A stretch of 64,000 bases of DNA from assembly GCA_963677925.2 (NCBI GenBank), contig CAXXYH010000004.1, forward strand, positions 1,088,001 to 1,152,000. Reading direction: 5' to 3'. Every line of letters begins with the position of its first letter. Position 1 is the stretch's first letter. The DNA is from Spirochaetia bacterium. GTDB taxonomy: Bacteria; Spirochaetota; Spirochaetia; UBA9216. The position numbers and the translations under genes are program-made. This document shows, in pieces, positions 31,032 through 42,602 of the stretch. The notes beneath the pieces were generated by a model, which did not search any database, was not told the DNA's origin, and worked only from the letters and a program-made list of their open reading frames with translations.

Positions 31032-31283
31032 CGCTTTATTTTTTGCACCGAAAAGGATATAAAGTCAAGCATATATTTACTAAATACAATTGCATCAAAA
31101 ATTTTTTAATTTTTCTGTTGATGATCAGTATTAATATTTGTATCTTAATACCAGAAAATTCATACAGAAAATAAACCTCCACAATGTCAGGGGGTATTTG
31201 CGGAGTTTTATCAGACAGAAGGCAGATATCTGCTTCTTTGTCATCCGCAGCTGGTAAAACCAAAAATAAGAGAGGTAATATAA

Positions 31284-32924
<1,641 letters not shown>

Positions 32925-33004
32925 TCAAAAGAGCGGAGCTCTTTTGATTCTGCAGTTTCACCTAAGAAGGTGAAACATGCATATGTTTCAATGATTATTT
33001 ATAC

Positions 33005-33034
33005 AGCCCTGCCCGGTTTTGGGCGGGGCTTTTT
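33005..33034 (+). terminator. groL terminator
   Basis: AGCCCTGCCC-loop-GGGCGGGGCT followed by a T-run. Confidence 0.85.
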
Positions 33035-33051
33035 ATTAAAAGGGTAAAAGT

Positions 33052-33348
33052 ATGACCAGAGAAGAATTTGTGTTTTCAATCGGGTTCCAGGGTGAATCGG
33101 CAATCATCGACGGAAAGGCTAAAAAGGAATATGGACGGCTCGGCACTAAAGAGCTGGCCGATAAGGGCCTGTACCGTGCCGCTTTCTGTTCAGCGCTTTA
33201 TGAGGATAACGGGGACGATCTTAAATATGTCCTGAATGCCTACAACGAAAAAAGCGGAGCTACCCTTACAGAAATTGATGATATGAAGAAACTGCTTGGT
33301 GTTTATACCGTTCCCGACGGTATAAAGAAGATTTCTGTTATCAGTTAA
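33052..33348 (+). CDS. hypothetical protein
   Basis: 98-aa ORF with RBS. Confidence 0.7.
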   Translation: MTREEFVFSIGFQGESAIIDGKAKKEYGRLGTKELADKGLYRAAFCSALYEDNGDDLKYVLNAYNEKSGATLTEIDDMKKLLGVYTVPDGIKKISVIS

Positions 33349-33350
33349 GT

Positions 33351-35042
33351 TCAGATTCGCTGGTTATAGGTTCCCAGATTGAGCCGGATGATACATGAAA
33401 AGTGAACATCGTCCGGAAATATAAGATTTCCGTTAAGCTGAGATGTTACAAGATTATTAATTATTGACAGGCCGAGCGATTCGGTTTTTTCTATATCAAA
33501 TCCGGCAGACAGCCCCTGTCCGTTATCCCGGTACCGGACTTCCAGAATGTTATCTTCGCAGATTTTTACCTCTATCTCTATCAATCCATTATCTGTTTCA
33601 TCAAAAGCATATTTAAGACTGTTCATAGTCAGCTCATTAATTACCAGTCCAAGCGGAATGGCGTAATCAATGAGCAGCTGCAGCTCTTCCGAATTAATAT
33701 GATACTTTATCTGCTTTGCCGGTGGGGTAAAGCTGTAAATCAGAATGGGAACAAGCTCTGTGATATAGTTTTTAAAATTTATATGAGAAAGCTCTGCTGA
33801 ATTATAAAAATTTTCATGTACAAGGGCTATGGATTCAATTTTGGATTTTACTTTTTTCAGAATCTGCTGAGGATCTGCATCAGGGTACTGATTTTCATAG
33901 AGCTGCATCAGTGCTATTATCATCTGCATGTTATTCTTTGTCCGGTGATTCAGCTCTGAAAGCAGTGTTTCTCTTTCTGAGATTGCCTCATTAAGCGAAG
34001 TTTCCCTGCTTTGAATTTTACTAATCATTTTTGAGAAACTGTCGGCCAGGGACTGAAATTCCCTGTAGGCTGCGGGTTTCATCTGATCGTATCTGCCTGA
34101 GGCGGCGCTGCTCATCGAGGCCTGAAATTCTGAAAGAGGCAGAAAAAATCTCCTTATAATAAGAAGTGCTATAGTTGTAAAGACTGCTGCAATGAAAATA
34201 ATTGATAGGAGCAGTGAGGTCGTAACGATATATATTTTACGGTACATCAGATCATAATCCTTGAAGACAAGGATCATATATCCGCTGATATCTGCCTTTT
34301 TTACACTGACCAGACCTTTTTTATTGAAGAGATAGTTAATTGAGGTTCCATAATTCCCCCTTATTGAGTTCTGGATCGCAGGCAGGTTGTTAAGGTTTCC
34401 GATAAGTTTGTCTGAATTCTTTGACTGGGTAACAATATTCCCCCTGCTGTCAAGGATAGCAATGAAATCAGACTCATATTCGACCTGTATGGATATATAC
34501 TGCTCCAGCTGTTTCATATTATAGAAGGCTATCAGGATGCCGGCATCACATCTTGTGGACATGGCAATTGTAGGGGCTCCGGAAATAAGTGATAGAAAGC
34601 TGCCCGACCAGTATACTTCATCGGGTTTAAGGTTCTTTTTGTAGAAGGGCTGGTTGGTAATATCAATTCCGAGATAGTTCTCTTCAAAGGGCCACATATC
34701 AGATACTTTTCCGTTCTCATCTACAAGAGCAATTGCCTCAAAAGTCTGCGTATATTCTATCATGTCTGAAATAAAGCAGGGTTCATTGGAACTCCGACCA
34801 GCCTCATTATGATCATTGAAGTAGGTCCTGATTCCTCTAAGATAATTGACCGGTATATAAAAGTTATGATCAATACTTTGAGTCACTATTTCAGTCAGAC
34901 TGTCGATTTCAGACATCATCCGCTTTTTATAAATCCTGTCTGTTGAAATTACCAGCACAAGTGAGATTAGAACTGCAAAAAATGAGAACAGTATCATTCC
35001 TGTCAGAAGCTGAAGCCTGAAACTTTTTACGATTCTTTGCAT
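33351..35042 (-). CDS. sensor histidine kinase (Cache + HAMP + HisKA_2 type)
   Basis: two TMs, ELNHRTKNNMQ H-box, NELTMNSLKYAF, DNGQGL, SLGL. Confidence 0.92.
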   Translation of the reverse strand: MQRIVKSFRLQLLTGMILFSFFAVLISLVLVISTDRIYKKRMMSEIDSLTEIVTQSIDHNFYIPVNYLRGIRTYFNDHNEAGRSSNEPCFISDMIEYTQTFEAIALVDENGKVSDMWPFEENYLGIDITNQPFYKKNLKPDEVYWSGSFLSLISGAPTIAMSTRCDAGILIAFYNMKQLEQYISIQVEYESDFIAILDSRGNIVTQSKNSDKLIGNLNNLPAIQNSIRGNYGTSINYLFNKKGLVSVKKADISGYMILVFKDYDLMYRKIYIVTTSLLLSIIFIAAVFTTIALLIIRRFFLPLSEFQASMSSAASGRYDQMKPAAYREFQSLADSFSKMISKIQSRETSLNEAISERETLLSELNHRTKNNMQMIIALMQLYENQYPDADPQQILKKVKSKIESIALVHENFYNSAELSHINFKNYITELVPILIYSFTPPAKQIKYHINSEELQLLIDYAIPLGLVINELTMNSLKYAFDETDNGLIEIEVKICEDNILEVRYRDNGQGLSAGFDIEKTESLGLSIINNLVTSQLNGNLIFPDDVHFSCIIRLNLGTYNQRI

Positions 35043-35095
35043 AATCTAAATTATCATACTATTATTAAAGTAAATCTACGTTAAGGAATGTATTT

Positions 35096-36190
35096 ACGAA
35101 AAAGTTAACAATTTTTATAATTCTGATTCTTCTGTTCTCAGGCTGTTCCGGTGAACGGACTCTAAATATTGGAATGGTTGTAAGCTTGAGCGGAAAATAT
35201 TCATCCCTGCTGACCTCTGCCAGAAACGGGGCTCTGCTTGCAGTAGAAGAGATAAACAATGAAAATGAACTGAAAATTGCATTGACTATTAAAGATGACG
35301 AAAGTGATTGGGATATTATTGAAGGCAGGGTTAAAGAGCTTCTTGAAGAGGATGTTAAGTTGCTGGTTATGGCGGTTGTAAGTTCAAACTATGGAGAGGC
35401 CGCCGATCTGATTGACCGAAGCGATGTTCTGGCGCTTTCATCAACGGTGTCTTCAGAGGTCTTTACAGGAAAGGATGATAATCTTATACGAACAGAGGTT
35501 TCGTCTTCTACCTTTGGTACTGTTCTTGGAAAGTATGCTTCAGAGAAAGGAGTCTCACACGCATTAATAATTGCTGACGGCAGTAATCAGATGTATTCAC
35601 AAAGCCTTTCCGACAGCTTTGTCAAACAGCTGAATGGTTCAGGACTCCCAAAAACGATATCCCGGATTAACTACAATACGCTGAACAATCCGAATTTTAA
35701 AAATATTGCTGCAGAGGCCTCCGATATTTTGCCGGATGCTGTTCTTGTTATCGCCAATCCATTTGATTCAGCCCTGATTTTTCAGCACCTGAGTCCCCGC
35801 CCCAGGCTTAAGCTGATTGCCCCCTGGGGCTTTTCCCATGAATTTATTGAAAACGGCGGTCAGGCAGTAGAAGGGGTTGTTGCGATTGTTTCGAACGGCG
35901 GCGATTCGGAATCTGATGCATATGCCGATTTTGTGAATGCATACCATGAAAGATTCGGTACAGAACCGACCTTTCAATCTGTTAAAAACTATGATCTGGT
36001 AAAGCTTCTTTACCAAACAGCGGTTTCTGAAAAAAAGATGGAGCCCGGCAGGATTAAGAGTGAAATAATCAGTAAAGGTCGATACAGCGGTGTGAATCTT
36101 GAATACTTTTTCGATAGGTATGGTGATTGCACAAGCGGAATGACTGCCTACACAATAATTGACGGTGAGATTCAGCTTCTGGATTATTGA
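35096..36190 (+). CDS. branched-chain-amino-acid-type periplasmic binding lipoprotein
   Basis: LSGKYS...ARNGALLAVEEIN, IKDDES, FDRYGD; the in-frame signal peptide KKLTIFIILILLFSGC extends upstream of the listed ATG 35174. Confidence 0.8.
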   Translation, partial: TKKLTIFIILILLFSGCSGERTLNIGMVVSLSGKYSSLLTSARNGALLAVEEINNENELKIALTIKDDESDWDIIEGRVKELLEEDVKLLVMAVVSSNYGEAADLIDRSDVLALSSTVSSEVFTGKDDNLIRTEVSSSTFGTVLGKYASEKGVSHALIIADGSNQMYSQSLSDSFVKQLNGSGLPKTISRINYNTLNNPNFKNIAAEASDILPDAVLVIANPFDSALIFQHLSPRPRLKLIAPWGFSHEFIENGGQAVEGVVAIVSNGGDSESDAYADFVNAYHERFGTEPTFQSVKNYDLVKLLYQTAVSEKKMEPGRIKSEIISKGRYSGVNLEYFFDRYGDCTSGMTAYTIIDGEIQLLDY

Positions 36191-36231
36191 TTGTCTTGAC
36201 ACTTTGGATTCAAATGAGCATATTATAAATA

Positions 36232-36600
36232 ACAGCACAGACGGAGACGAGTAAGCGGTTACAGCTGCCAATAGAGAAAGCGCCCAAAGGCTGGAAGGTG
36301 CTGATAGCTGCCCGCCCAAAACCACTCCCGAGCTGCCCGCAGGAACGCGGAAAAATTCGGCAAAAGTCCTTAGAGACTCAGCCCTTTTATTTCTGTAATT
36401 ATTCCGGGCCGTGGACGACACGTTAAAATCTTCCATAAGGTGCGTGGATAAAAACAAGTTTTCTTAAACCTGTTTTTATCTGTCGAAGTAAGGTGGAACC
36501 GCGGATGGCGCAAAAGCAATTAAGCTTTACGGCTTAAAGAGCTCTTATGCTTTTCGTCCTTGCATAATAAGTAAGGATGGCAGGCGTAAGGGCTTTTTTA
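36232..36600 (+). promoter_or_regulatory. T-box riboswitch, Thr (ACC) specifier, upstream of thrS
   Basis: stem I with GAGTA, AGAGA and GCTG motifs; ACC-A specifier at 36321; T-box AAGGTGGAACCGCG at 36490-36503 with partner CGTCCTT near 36555; alternative hairpin CGTCCTTGC/GTAAGGATG. Confidence 0.85.
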
Positions 36601-36633
36601 AATTTTATACCCTTGCCTGCCGGGGAGATAAAT

Positions 36634-38376
36634 ATGGCAGAAGAAAAAAATGAAAAACTTGAATTAATAAGGCACTCTACAGCGCATGTCATGGCCGAGG
36701 CAGTTTTAAAGCTGTTTCCCGAAGCCAAAATAGCAATCGGACCGTCAATAGAAAACGGATTCTATTATGACTTCGATCTGCCGCGCTCAATCGGTCCGGA
36801 TGATCTTGAAGAAATCACCAAGGTCATGCAGGAAATAATCAAAGAGAAAAAAGAGTTTGTACGCGCTGAAGTTTCTAGAGCGGAAGCCCTTGAGCTTTTC
36901 AAGGATCAGCCCTACAAGGTTGAGCTGATCAATGACCTTCCTGAAGATGCAGTCATTACAACCTACAACCAGGGCGGATTTACAGATCTTTGCCGCGGAC
37001 TCCATGTTGAAAATACAGGCAAACTCAATCCTCAGTCATTCAAGCTTCTTTCCATAGCCGGTGCGTACTGGCGCGGCGATGAAAGCAGGCCCATGCTTCA
37101 GCGTGTATACGGTACGGCCTGGAGCAATCCGAAGGAACTGAGGATGCATCTGCAGCATCTTGAAGAGATGGAAAAACGGGACCACAGAAAGCTCGGAAAA
37201 GAACTGGAACTGTTCAGTCTTCATGAAGAGGCTGGCCCGGGAATGGTTTACTGGCATCCGAAGGGCGCACGCATCAGGCTTGCAATAGAGGATTTCTGGA
37301 GACGGGAACACTACAAAAACGGCTATGAGATGATCTACACTCCGCATATCGGTAAATCCTGGCTCTGGGAAACCTCCGGCCATCTTGATTTCTATAAAGA
37401 GGGGATGTTCAACTCCATGGAAATGGATGCAAGCGATTACTACGCCAAGCCGATGAACTGTCCCTTTCATATTATGATCTACAACAACAAGAAGCACAGT
37501 TACCGTGATCTTCCCTGCAGATGGGCGGAGCTTGGAACTGTTTACCGTTATGAGAAATCAGGAGTTCTTCACGGACTGATGCGTGTCCGCGGATTTACCC
37601 AGGATGATGCGCACATTTTCTGTACACCGGATCAGATGGAAGATGAGATTGCAGAAACTCTGCGCTTCTCGCTTTACATGCTTAAATCTTTCGGCTTTAC
37701 CGAGTTCAAAGCCTACCTGTCTACCAAGCCGGGAGGCGGAAAGAGCGTCGGTGATGAATCCAAATGGGAAGCAGCAACTGAATCACTGCGGAAGGCTATT
37801 GTCAAAGAAGGTCTTGAGTATGAGGTTGATGAGGGCGGCGGAGCATTCTATGGTCCGAAAATCGATATCAAAATTAAGGATGCGATGGGACGCGCCTGGC
37901 AGCTGTCAACAATTCAGTTTGACTTCAACCTTCCTGAAAGGTTTAAAATGACCTTCGTAGATCAGGATGGAAAAGAAAAACAGCCCTACATGATTCACCG
38001 TGCACTGCTGGGTTCAATCGAAAGGTTCTTCGGCGTGCTTATCGAACACTTCGGCGGAGCCTTCCCTGTATGGCTTGCTCCAGTCCAGGTTGAAGTTATT
38101 CCTGTAGCTGAGGCCTTTGATGCTTATGCGAAGAAGATTACAGCTGAACTGAAGGCTGCCGGAATCAGGGTTGAGGCGGATCTCTCCGACGACCGCATGA
38201 ATGCCAAAATCAGAAATGCCCAGAACCAGAAGATTCCGTACATGCTTGTTCTTGGCGAGAAGGAAGAGGCTGAAGGTGCTGTCTCCGTCAGACTGCGCTC
38301 AGGAAAGCAGACCAATGGTGTTCCTTTTGCCGATTTTATGAGTCAGCTGAATGAGGCAATTGAGAGTAAGAGCTGA
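36634..38376 (+). CDS. thrS: threonine--tRNA ligase (short form without TGS domain)
   Basis: RHSTAHVMA, DLCRGLH, RDHRKLG, KPMNCP, RVRGFTQDD, IHRALLGSIERF; start at 36634 after GGAG. Confidence 0.97.
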   Translation: MAEEKNEKLELIRHSTAHVMAEAVLKLFPEAKIAIGPSIENGFYYDFDLPRSIGPDDLEEITKVMQEIIKEKKEFVRAEVSRAEALELFKDQPYKVELINDLPEDAVITTYNQGGFTDLCRGLHVENTGKLNPQSFKLLSIAGAYWRGDESRPMLQRVYGTAWSNPKELRMHLQHLEEMEKRDHRKLGKELELFSLHEEAGPGMVYWHPKGARIRLAIEDFWRREHYKNGYEMIYTPHIGKSWLWETSGHLDFYKEGMFNSMEMDASDYYAKPMNCPFHIMIYNNKKHSYRDLPCRWAELGTVYRYEKSGVLHGLMRVRGFTQDDAHIFCTPDQMEDEIAETLRFSLYMLKSFGFTEFKAYLSTKPGGGKSVGDESKWEAATESLRKAIVKEGLEYEVDEGGGAFYGPKIDIKIKDAMGRAWQLSTIQFDFNLPERFKMTFVDQDGKEKQPYMIHRALLGSIERFFGVLIEHFGGAFPVWLAPVQVEVIPVAEAFDAYAKKITAELKAAGIRVEADLSDDRMNAKIRNAQNQKIPYMLVLGEKEEAEGAVSVRLRSGKQTNGVPFADFMSQLNEAIESKS

Positions 38377-38407
38377 TTGAGCAGCTTTAGATAATGCATA
38401 ATAATCA

Positions 38408-38437
38408 CCGGGTCCAAAATGGACCCGGTTTTTTTTT
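38408..38437 (+). terminator. thrS terminator
   Basis: ACCGGGTCCA-AAA-TGGACCCGGT followed by a T-run. Confidence 0.88.
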
Positions 38438-38481
38438 GATTTGATGAACGGTGTATTCTGAAGTATATTTGATTAATATCC

Positions 38482-39126
38482 GTGAAGGATATTACCAAGG
38501 AGATAAAATTGTCAGTACCTGTTTTTGAAGTTGGACCCATTGATCATACCATTGTATATTCCTTTGCTGTCGGGTTTATTCTTGCCTGGCTGATATTCGG
38601 AATCAGGATACTGGTACTCAAATCCCGCAGTAAAAAGGCAATCCGGGGGCTTAAACATACGCTTACCAGCAGAATTGACCTTGATTCCGAGTCGATCGAC
38701 CGGATGCGGAAGGAAATTGAATTACTGCGGAAGAAGAATGCAAACCTTCAGTCTTCTATTTCAAACCTTTCACAGAAGTCCGGCCGGAAGGAAAACCTCC
38801 AGCTTAGGATTTATCAGGATGCTGTGGAGAAGATGTCACTTCAGGCTCCCGGCTTTGCGCCGGCCTGGCAGATAGTGCTTCGTGAATGTGAAGAGGAAAA
38901 CGGCCGAAGCCTTGACGGTTCAAAGGTTTTTACAAAAAGGATTACTCCGGCCGCCGGAAGCGGCTGGATAACTGATGCCGGCAGCCGGGAACCTCGTGAG
39001 GCCCGTTCCGCAGAGACTGTAATTGAGCATGATTCCCAGCTTTCCGGTTCACCGTCGGCGGGTGCTTCAGCTAAACCGGAAAAGGCTGCAAAGCAGGGCC
39101 TTCTTGCTAAGCTGCGGAATCGATGA
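38482..39126 (+). CDS. hypothetical membrane-anchored coiled-coil protein
   Basis: N-terminal TM, coiled coil, APGFAPAWQ motif. Confidence 0.7.
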   Translation: MKDITKEIKLSVPVFEVGPIDHTIVYSFAVGFILAWLIFGIRILVLKSRSKKAIRGLKHTLTSRIDLDSESIDRMRKEIELLRKKNANLQSSISNLSQKSGRKENLQLRIYQDAVEKMSLQAPGFAPAWQIVLRECEEENGRSLDGSKVFTKRITPAAGSGWITDAGSREPREARSAETVIEHDSQLSGSPSAGASAKPEKAAKQGLLAKLRNR

Positions 39127-39139
39127 ATACGATCAGTCT

Positions 39140-39865
39140 CTATGAGACGAAACTCATTACAAAGCCGATAAGGCCGCCGAATACTCCGCCCCAGACTACA
39201 AGCCATCCAAGATGCCTTCTCATCATTTCTTTTACAAGTTCCTTAACCATCTTCGGTGTAAGTTCATCCAGTCTGCCCTGAACGATACCGTCAACCTTGT
39301 CTTTTATTACTGCGGAGAGGTCGAAATTCCCGGATTCGAGAATACCCTTGATAAACTTGGGATGTGCAACTTCTTCAAGAAGATATTCCCTGATTTTTTC
39401 CTTAAATTTGCCCCGGTATTTCTCAAACAGACCGTCGCCCCCGAACATTGAGAGCATGCTGCCGAATCCGCTTGAGAGAATCTCTTTCTTAACTGTGTCG
39501 TAGATCTTGTCATAGTCGACCTTGTCAACTGCAGACTCAAAGTCTATCGATTCAAGGATCATATCCTGACCCTCGCTGAAATACTTGTGGAGATTTTCAG
39601 TCGTAAAAAACTGGTCCATCACAAGTTCCTTGATCCATACCTTTATCTCGATAAAATGGGCCGGGATTACACCGGAACCGTAGAGTCCGGGAACCTTTTC
39701 AAACAGCATGAAAATCGCAAGCCAGTTTGTAAGAGCTCCAGAAAGAGCAAAGAAGCCTATGCTTCTGATTCTTTCACCCCACACCGGATCAAGGCGGGCG
39801 GCTATGATGTATCCCGCAGCAATTACAGCTGCAGCAATAAGGTTTGTTACAGAGCTTTTGTTCAT
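39140..39865 (-). CDS. DUF445-family membrane protein
   Basis: GALTNWLAIFMLFEKVPGLYGSGVIP and HLGWLVVWGGVFGGLIG. Confidence 0.85.
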   Translation of the reverse strand: MNKSSVTNLIAAAVIAAGYIIAARLDPVWGERIRSIGFFALSGALTNWLAIFMLFEKVPGLYGSGVIPAHFIEIKVWIKELVMDQFFTTENLHKYFSEGQDMILESIDFESAVDKVDYDKIYDTVKKEILSSGFGSMLSMFGGDGLFEKYRGKFKEKIREYLLEEVAHPKFIKGILESGNFDLSAVIKDKVDGIVQGRLDELTPKMVKELVKEMMRRHLGWLVVWGGVFGGLIGFVMSFVS

Positions 39866-39985
39866 TAATACCTCTAAAAATTTGTATTTTTACGAATTTA
39901 TCAGTAAAATATACATACGCTTCAGCCCTCCGGCAATACCTATTTGAGAATACCGGAAAAGAGGGCATGTGTATCGGAGATTGAG

Positions 39986-41509
39986 ATGAAAGAGAGCCTG
40001 TCAAACCTTAAACAGCTAGGGCGAGAGATTTATTTAATGCAGCATGCCCAGGCCGTACTTGAATGGGACATGGAAACCCAGATGCCTGAAGACGGCGCCG
40101 AAGAACGTGCCGAACAGCTTGCACTTTTTGAAGGATTAACACACAGAAAAATAACTTCCCCTGAAATTGGACGTCTGCTGTCGTTTCTCGGCGCAGAGGA
40201 AGGTAAACCCGAGGGAAAGGGTGATTTCGATACCGCAGACAAGGCCTTCGTCCGTGAAATGTTCCGGATGTACAGTCATGCTTCCAAGCTGCCTGAAAGC
40301 CTTGTAACTGAACTTGCAAAACAGACCGGAATTTCCCACCAGGTATGGGTTGAGGCGAGAAAGAAGGCTGATTTCAGTATATTTGAAGATTCTCTTACAA
40401 AGATATATGAACTGAACCATCAGAAGGCTGAGAAACTCGGCTATAAAGAACATCCCTATGATGCCCTGCTTGATGAATATGAACCCTGGATGACTGCGTC
40501 CGAGGTTGAAAAGGTTTTTACCCCCCTTGCTGCTGAACTTTCCGCCCTGGTTGCGGATATTAAAAAGGCGGGTGCTCCTGACTCATCGTTTCTGGAAAAA
40601 AGCTACCCGACAGACCTGCAGGATAAGTTCGGCCGTATGCTTATCGACCGGATGGGATACCCGGAAAAGAGGGGCAGGCTGGATATATCGGCACATCCGT
40701 TTACAACGACCCTGGGTGCAGATGATGTAAGAATAACCACCCGCTACGATGAAAAACTCGTAATGAGCGGGGTATTCAGTAATATTCACGAATGCGGACA
40801 CGCCCTCTATGAGCTCGGTGTAGGAGATAATCTGAAAGGCGGAATCCTCGGTACCGGTGTGTCGCTTGGTATCCATGAATCACAGTCACGTTTCTGGGAA
40901 AACCTTGTAGGCCGCAGCCTTCCGTTCTGGAAGCATTTTTATCCTGAGTTTTCAAAGCTCTTTCCAGAGCAGACTAAGGGTGTCGATGTGGAAACCTTCT
41001 ATAAAGCCGTTAACAAGGTGACTCCGTCATTCATACGTATTGAAGCCGACGAGGTTACTTACAGTCTCCATGTGGTTCTCCGCTTTGAGCTTGAAAAGGA
41101 AGTTCTTTCCGGAAACCTCAAGGTTTCAGATCTTCCTGATGAATGGAACAGAAGGATGAAGAAATTTCTGGGTATAACCCCTGCCAACGATTCCGAAGGC
41201 GTGCTCCAGGATGTACACTGGTCTGCGGGGCTGATAGGTTATTTTCCGACCTATGCTCTTGGAAACCTCTACGGCGCCCAGTTTCTCAACAGCATGAAAA
41301 AGCAGCTGGGAGATGTGGACGGAATATTAGAATCAGGCGATCTGGGTACAATACTCGGGTGGCTGCGTGAGAATATCCACAGTCACGGTATGGTTTACCC
41401 CGCCTCCGAGCTCTGCAGAAGAGTCACAGGAGAGGATTTGAACGCCGCCTACTTTACAGACTACCTTCGGGATAAATTCGGCGGAATATATGGACTTCGC
41501 GGGAATTAA
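39986..41509 (+). CDS. carboxypeptidase M32 (Taq-type)
   Basis: HPF, DVRITTRY, HECGH, HESQSRFWEN, IRIEADE, QDVHW, GYFPTYALG. Confidence 0.95.
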   Translation: MKESLSNLKQLGREIYLMQHAQAVLEWDMETQMPEDGAEERAEQLALFEGLTHRKITSPEIGRLLSFLGAEEGKPEGKGDFDTADKAFVREMFRMYSHASKLPESLVTELAKQTGISHQVWVEARKKADFSIFEDSLTKIYELNHQKAEKLGYKEHPYDALLDEYEPWMTASEVEKVFTPLAAELSALVADIKKAGAPDSSFLEKSYPTDLQDKFGRMLIDRMGYPEKRGRLDISAHPFTTTLGADDVRITTRYDEKLVMSGVFSNIHECGHALYELGVGDNLKGGILGTGVSLGIHESQSRFWENLVGRSLPFWKHFYPEFSKLFPEQTKGVDVETFYKAVNKVTPSFIRIEADEVTYSLHVVLRFELEKEVLSGNLKVSDLPDEWNRRMKKFLGITPANDSEGVLQDVHWSAGLIGYFPTYALGNLYGAQFLNSMKKQLGDVDGILESGDLGTILGWLRENIHSHGMVYPASELCRRVTGEDLNAAYFTDYLRDKFGGIYGLRGN

Positions 41510-42227
41510 TCCCGAAAATCAGTACCTGTGGCTGACTCTGGCCGGTTTTGCTCTGGGCAGCGGAATCAGTTTTTTCAGCCACAGAAAGCCGCGCAGGCAT
41601 CCGGCGGCGGCTGTACTATTTATCAGTTTATCAATTCTCTTTCTTACTTTCGGAATATTTTTAAGCAGCTACAGCTTCTGGAATTACAAGGTGCTGCTTG
41701 TATGGTTCGGAGCACTCACAGTTTCCGGCTTCCTCTGTGTCAGGTTCTGGCGCTTTGTAGGTATTCCTGTATTCTCCCTGTTTTTTGCGGCTCTTTTTAT
41801 TTTTTATTACAGTTTCGCCTCCTGGTCGCCGGTTCAGCCGGGACAAAATCTGTGCAGTTTTACACTTCTTTCAGGCGGCGGCGATAAAACTACAATTTTG
41901 AGTGAAGATACGCAAAATAATCAGGATGTACTTGAATTCGGCGCCGGAGGGATCTATCCTGAAATCAGGATGCTTGAACTTCCGCACTGGTTTTTCCTGT
42001 CCAGAACAGGGGCCATATATGAGCCTCTGCATTCACAGTTTGCAGCAGAGGAAAACGGAGATTCTGAGAGCGCTCCGGCGGTTAAGATCAGGCAGCTTTT
42101 CGGACGGATTCCGGGCTTTATTTTTGTAACTGAAAGTGCAGGACCCCTCTATCCGGTTCCCGGAGTCCGATATGATTTGTCATTCAATTCCGACGGTCTG
42201 CCGGCCATAAAAAAAAGAATTGACTGA
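41490..42227 (+). CDS. hypothetical membrane protein
   Basis: four N-terminal hydrophobic helices; overlaps the M32 stop. Confidence 0.65.
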   Translation: MDFAGINPENQYLWLTLAGFALGSGISFFSHRKPRRHPAAAVLFISLSILFLTFGIFLSSYSFWNYKVLLVWFGALTVSGFLCVRFWRFVGIPVFSLFFAALFIFYYSFASWSPVQPGQNLCSFTLLSGGGDKTTILSEDTQNNQDVLEFGAGGIYPEIRMLELPHWFFLSRTGAIYEPLHSQFAAEENGDSESAPAVKIRQLFGRIPGFIFVTESAGPLYPVPGVRYDLSFNSDGLPAIKKRID

Positions 42228-42274
42228 TAAAATGATGCTCACGCTATTGAGGAGCGTGCCCGATACAGTAATAT

Positions 42275-42568
42275 ATGCTGATAACATTCTACAAACCAGA
42301 AGAAGACGGAAGTCTCAGATACTACTCGGTCCATGACCGTCAGCCTACATTGTTCAGTAAGTATTCATTCACTTCGATCTACGGTATGAATCAGGGAAGC
42401 GGACGCGAACGCGTTTATTCTTTTACAACCCGGCGTGAAATGGATAAAAAGATGAGAGAAATATTCAACGAAAGAGTGAAAGACGGCTACAAGGTCCTGT
42501 ACTCGTTTGCAAGAAACAAGAAGTACGTCAGCATGTTCGATGAAGTCTCGAAGATGAACGCCGGATAG
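42275..42568 (+). CDS. small WGR-like domain protein
   Basis: RYYSV...Q.TLF...YG....GR...R.KDGY pattern. Confidence 0.6.
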   Translation: MLITFYKPEEDGSLRYYSVHDRQPTLFSKYSFTSIYGMNQGSGRERVYSFTTRREMDKKMREIFNERVKDGYKVLYSFARNKKYVSMFDEVSKMNAG

Positions 42569-42602
42569 AGTATACTGCTCAACCGGTTTTCTGGCTCTCC
42601 GC

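Noticed and set aside
31040-31283. CIRCE element or groS upstream of groL
   Set aside because: No TTAGCACTC-N9-GAGTGCTAA and no GroES-like ORF seen; a separate groS is common in spirochaetes
35768-36457. 229-aa minus-strand ORF
   Set aside because: Antisense to the binding-protein gene and the T-box leader; no motif
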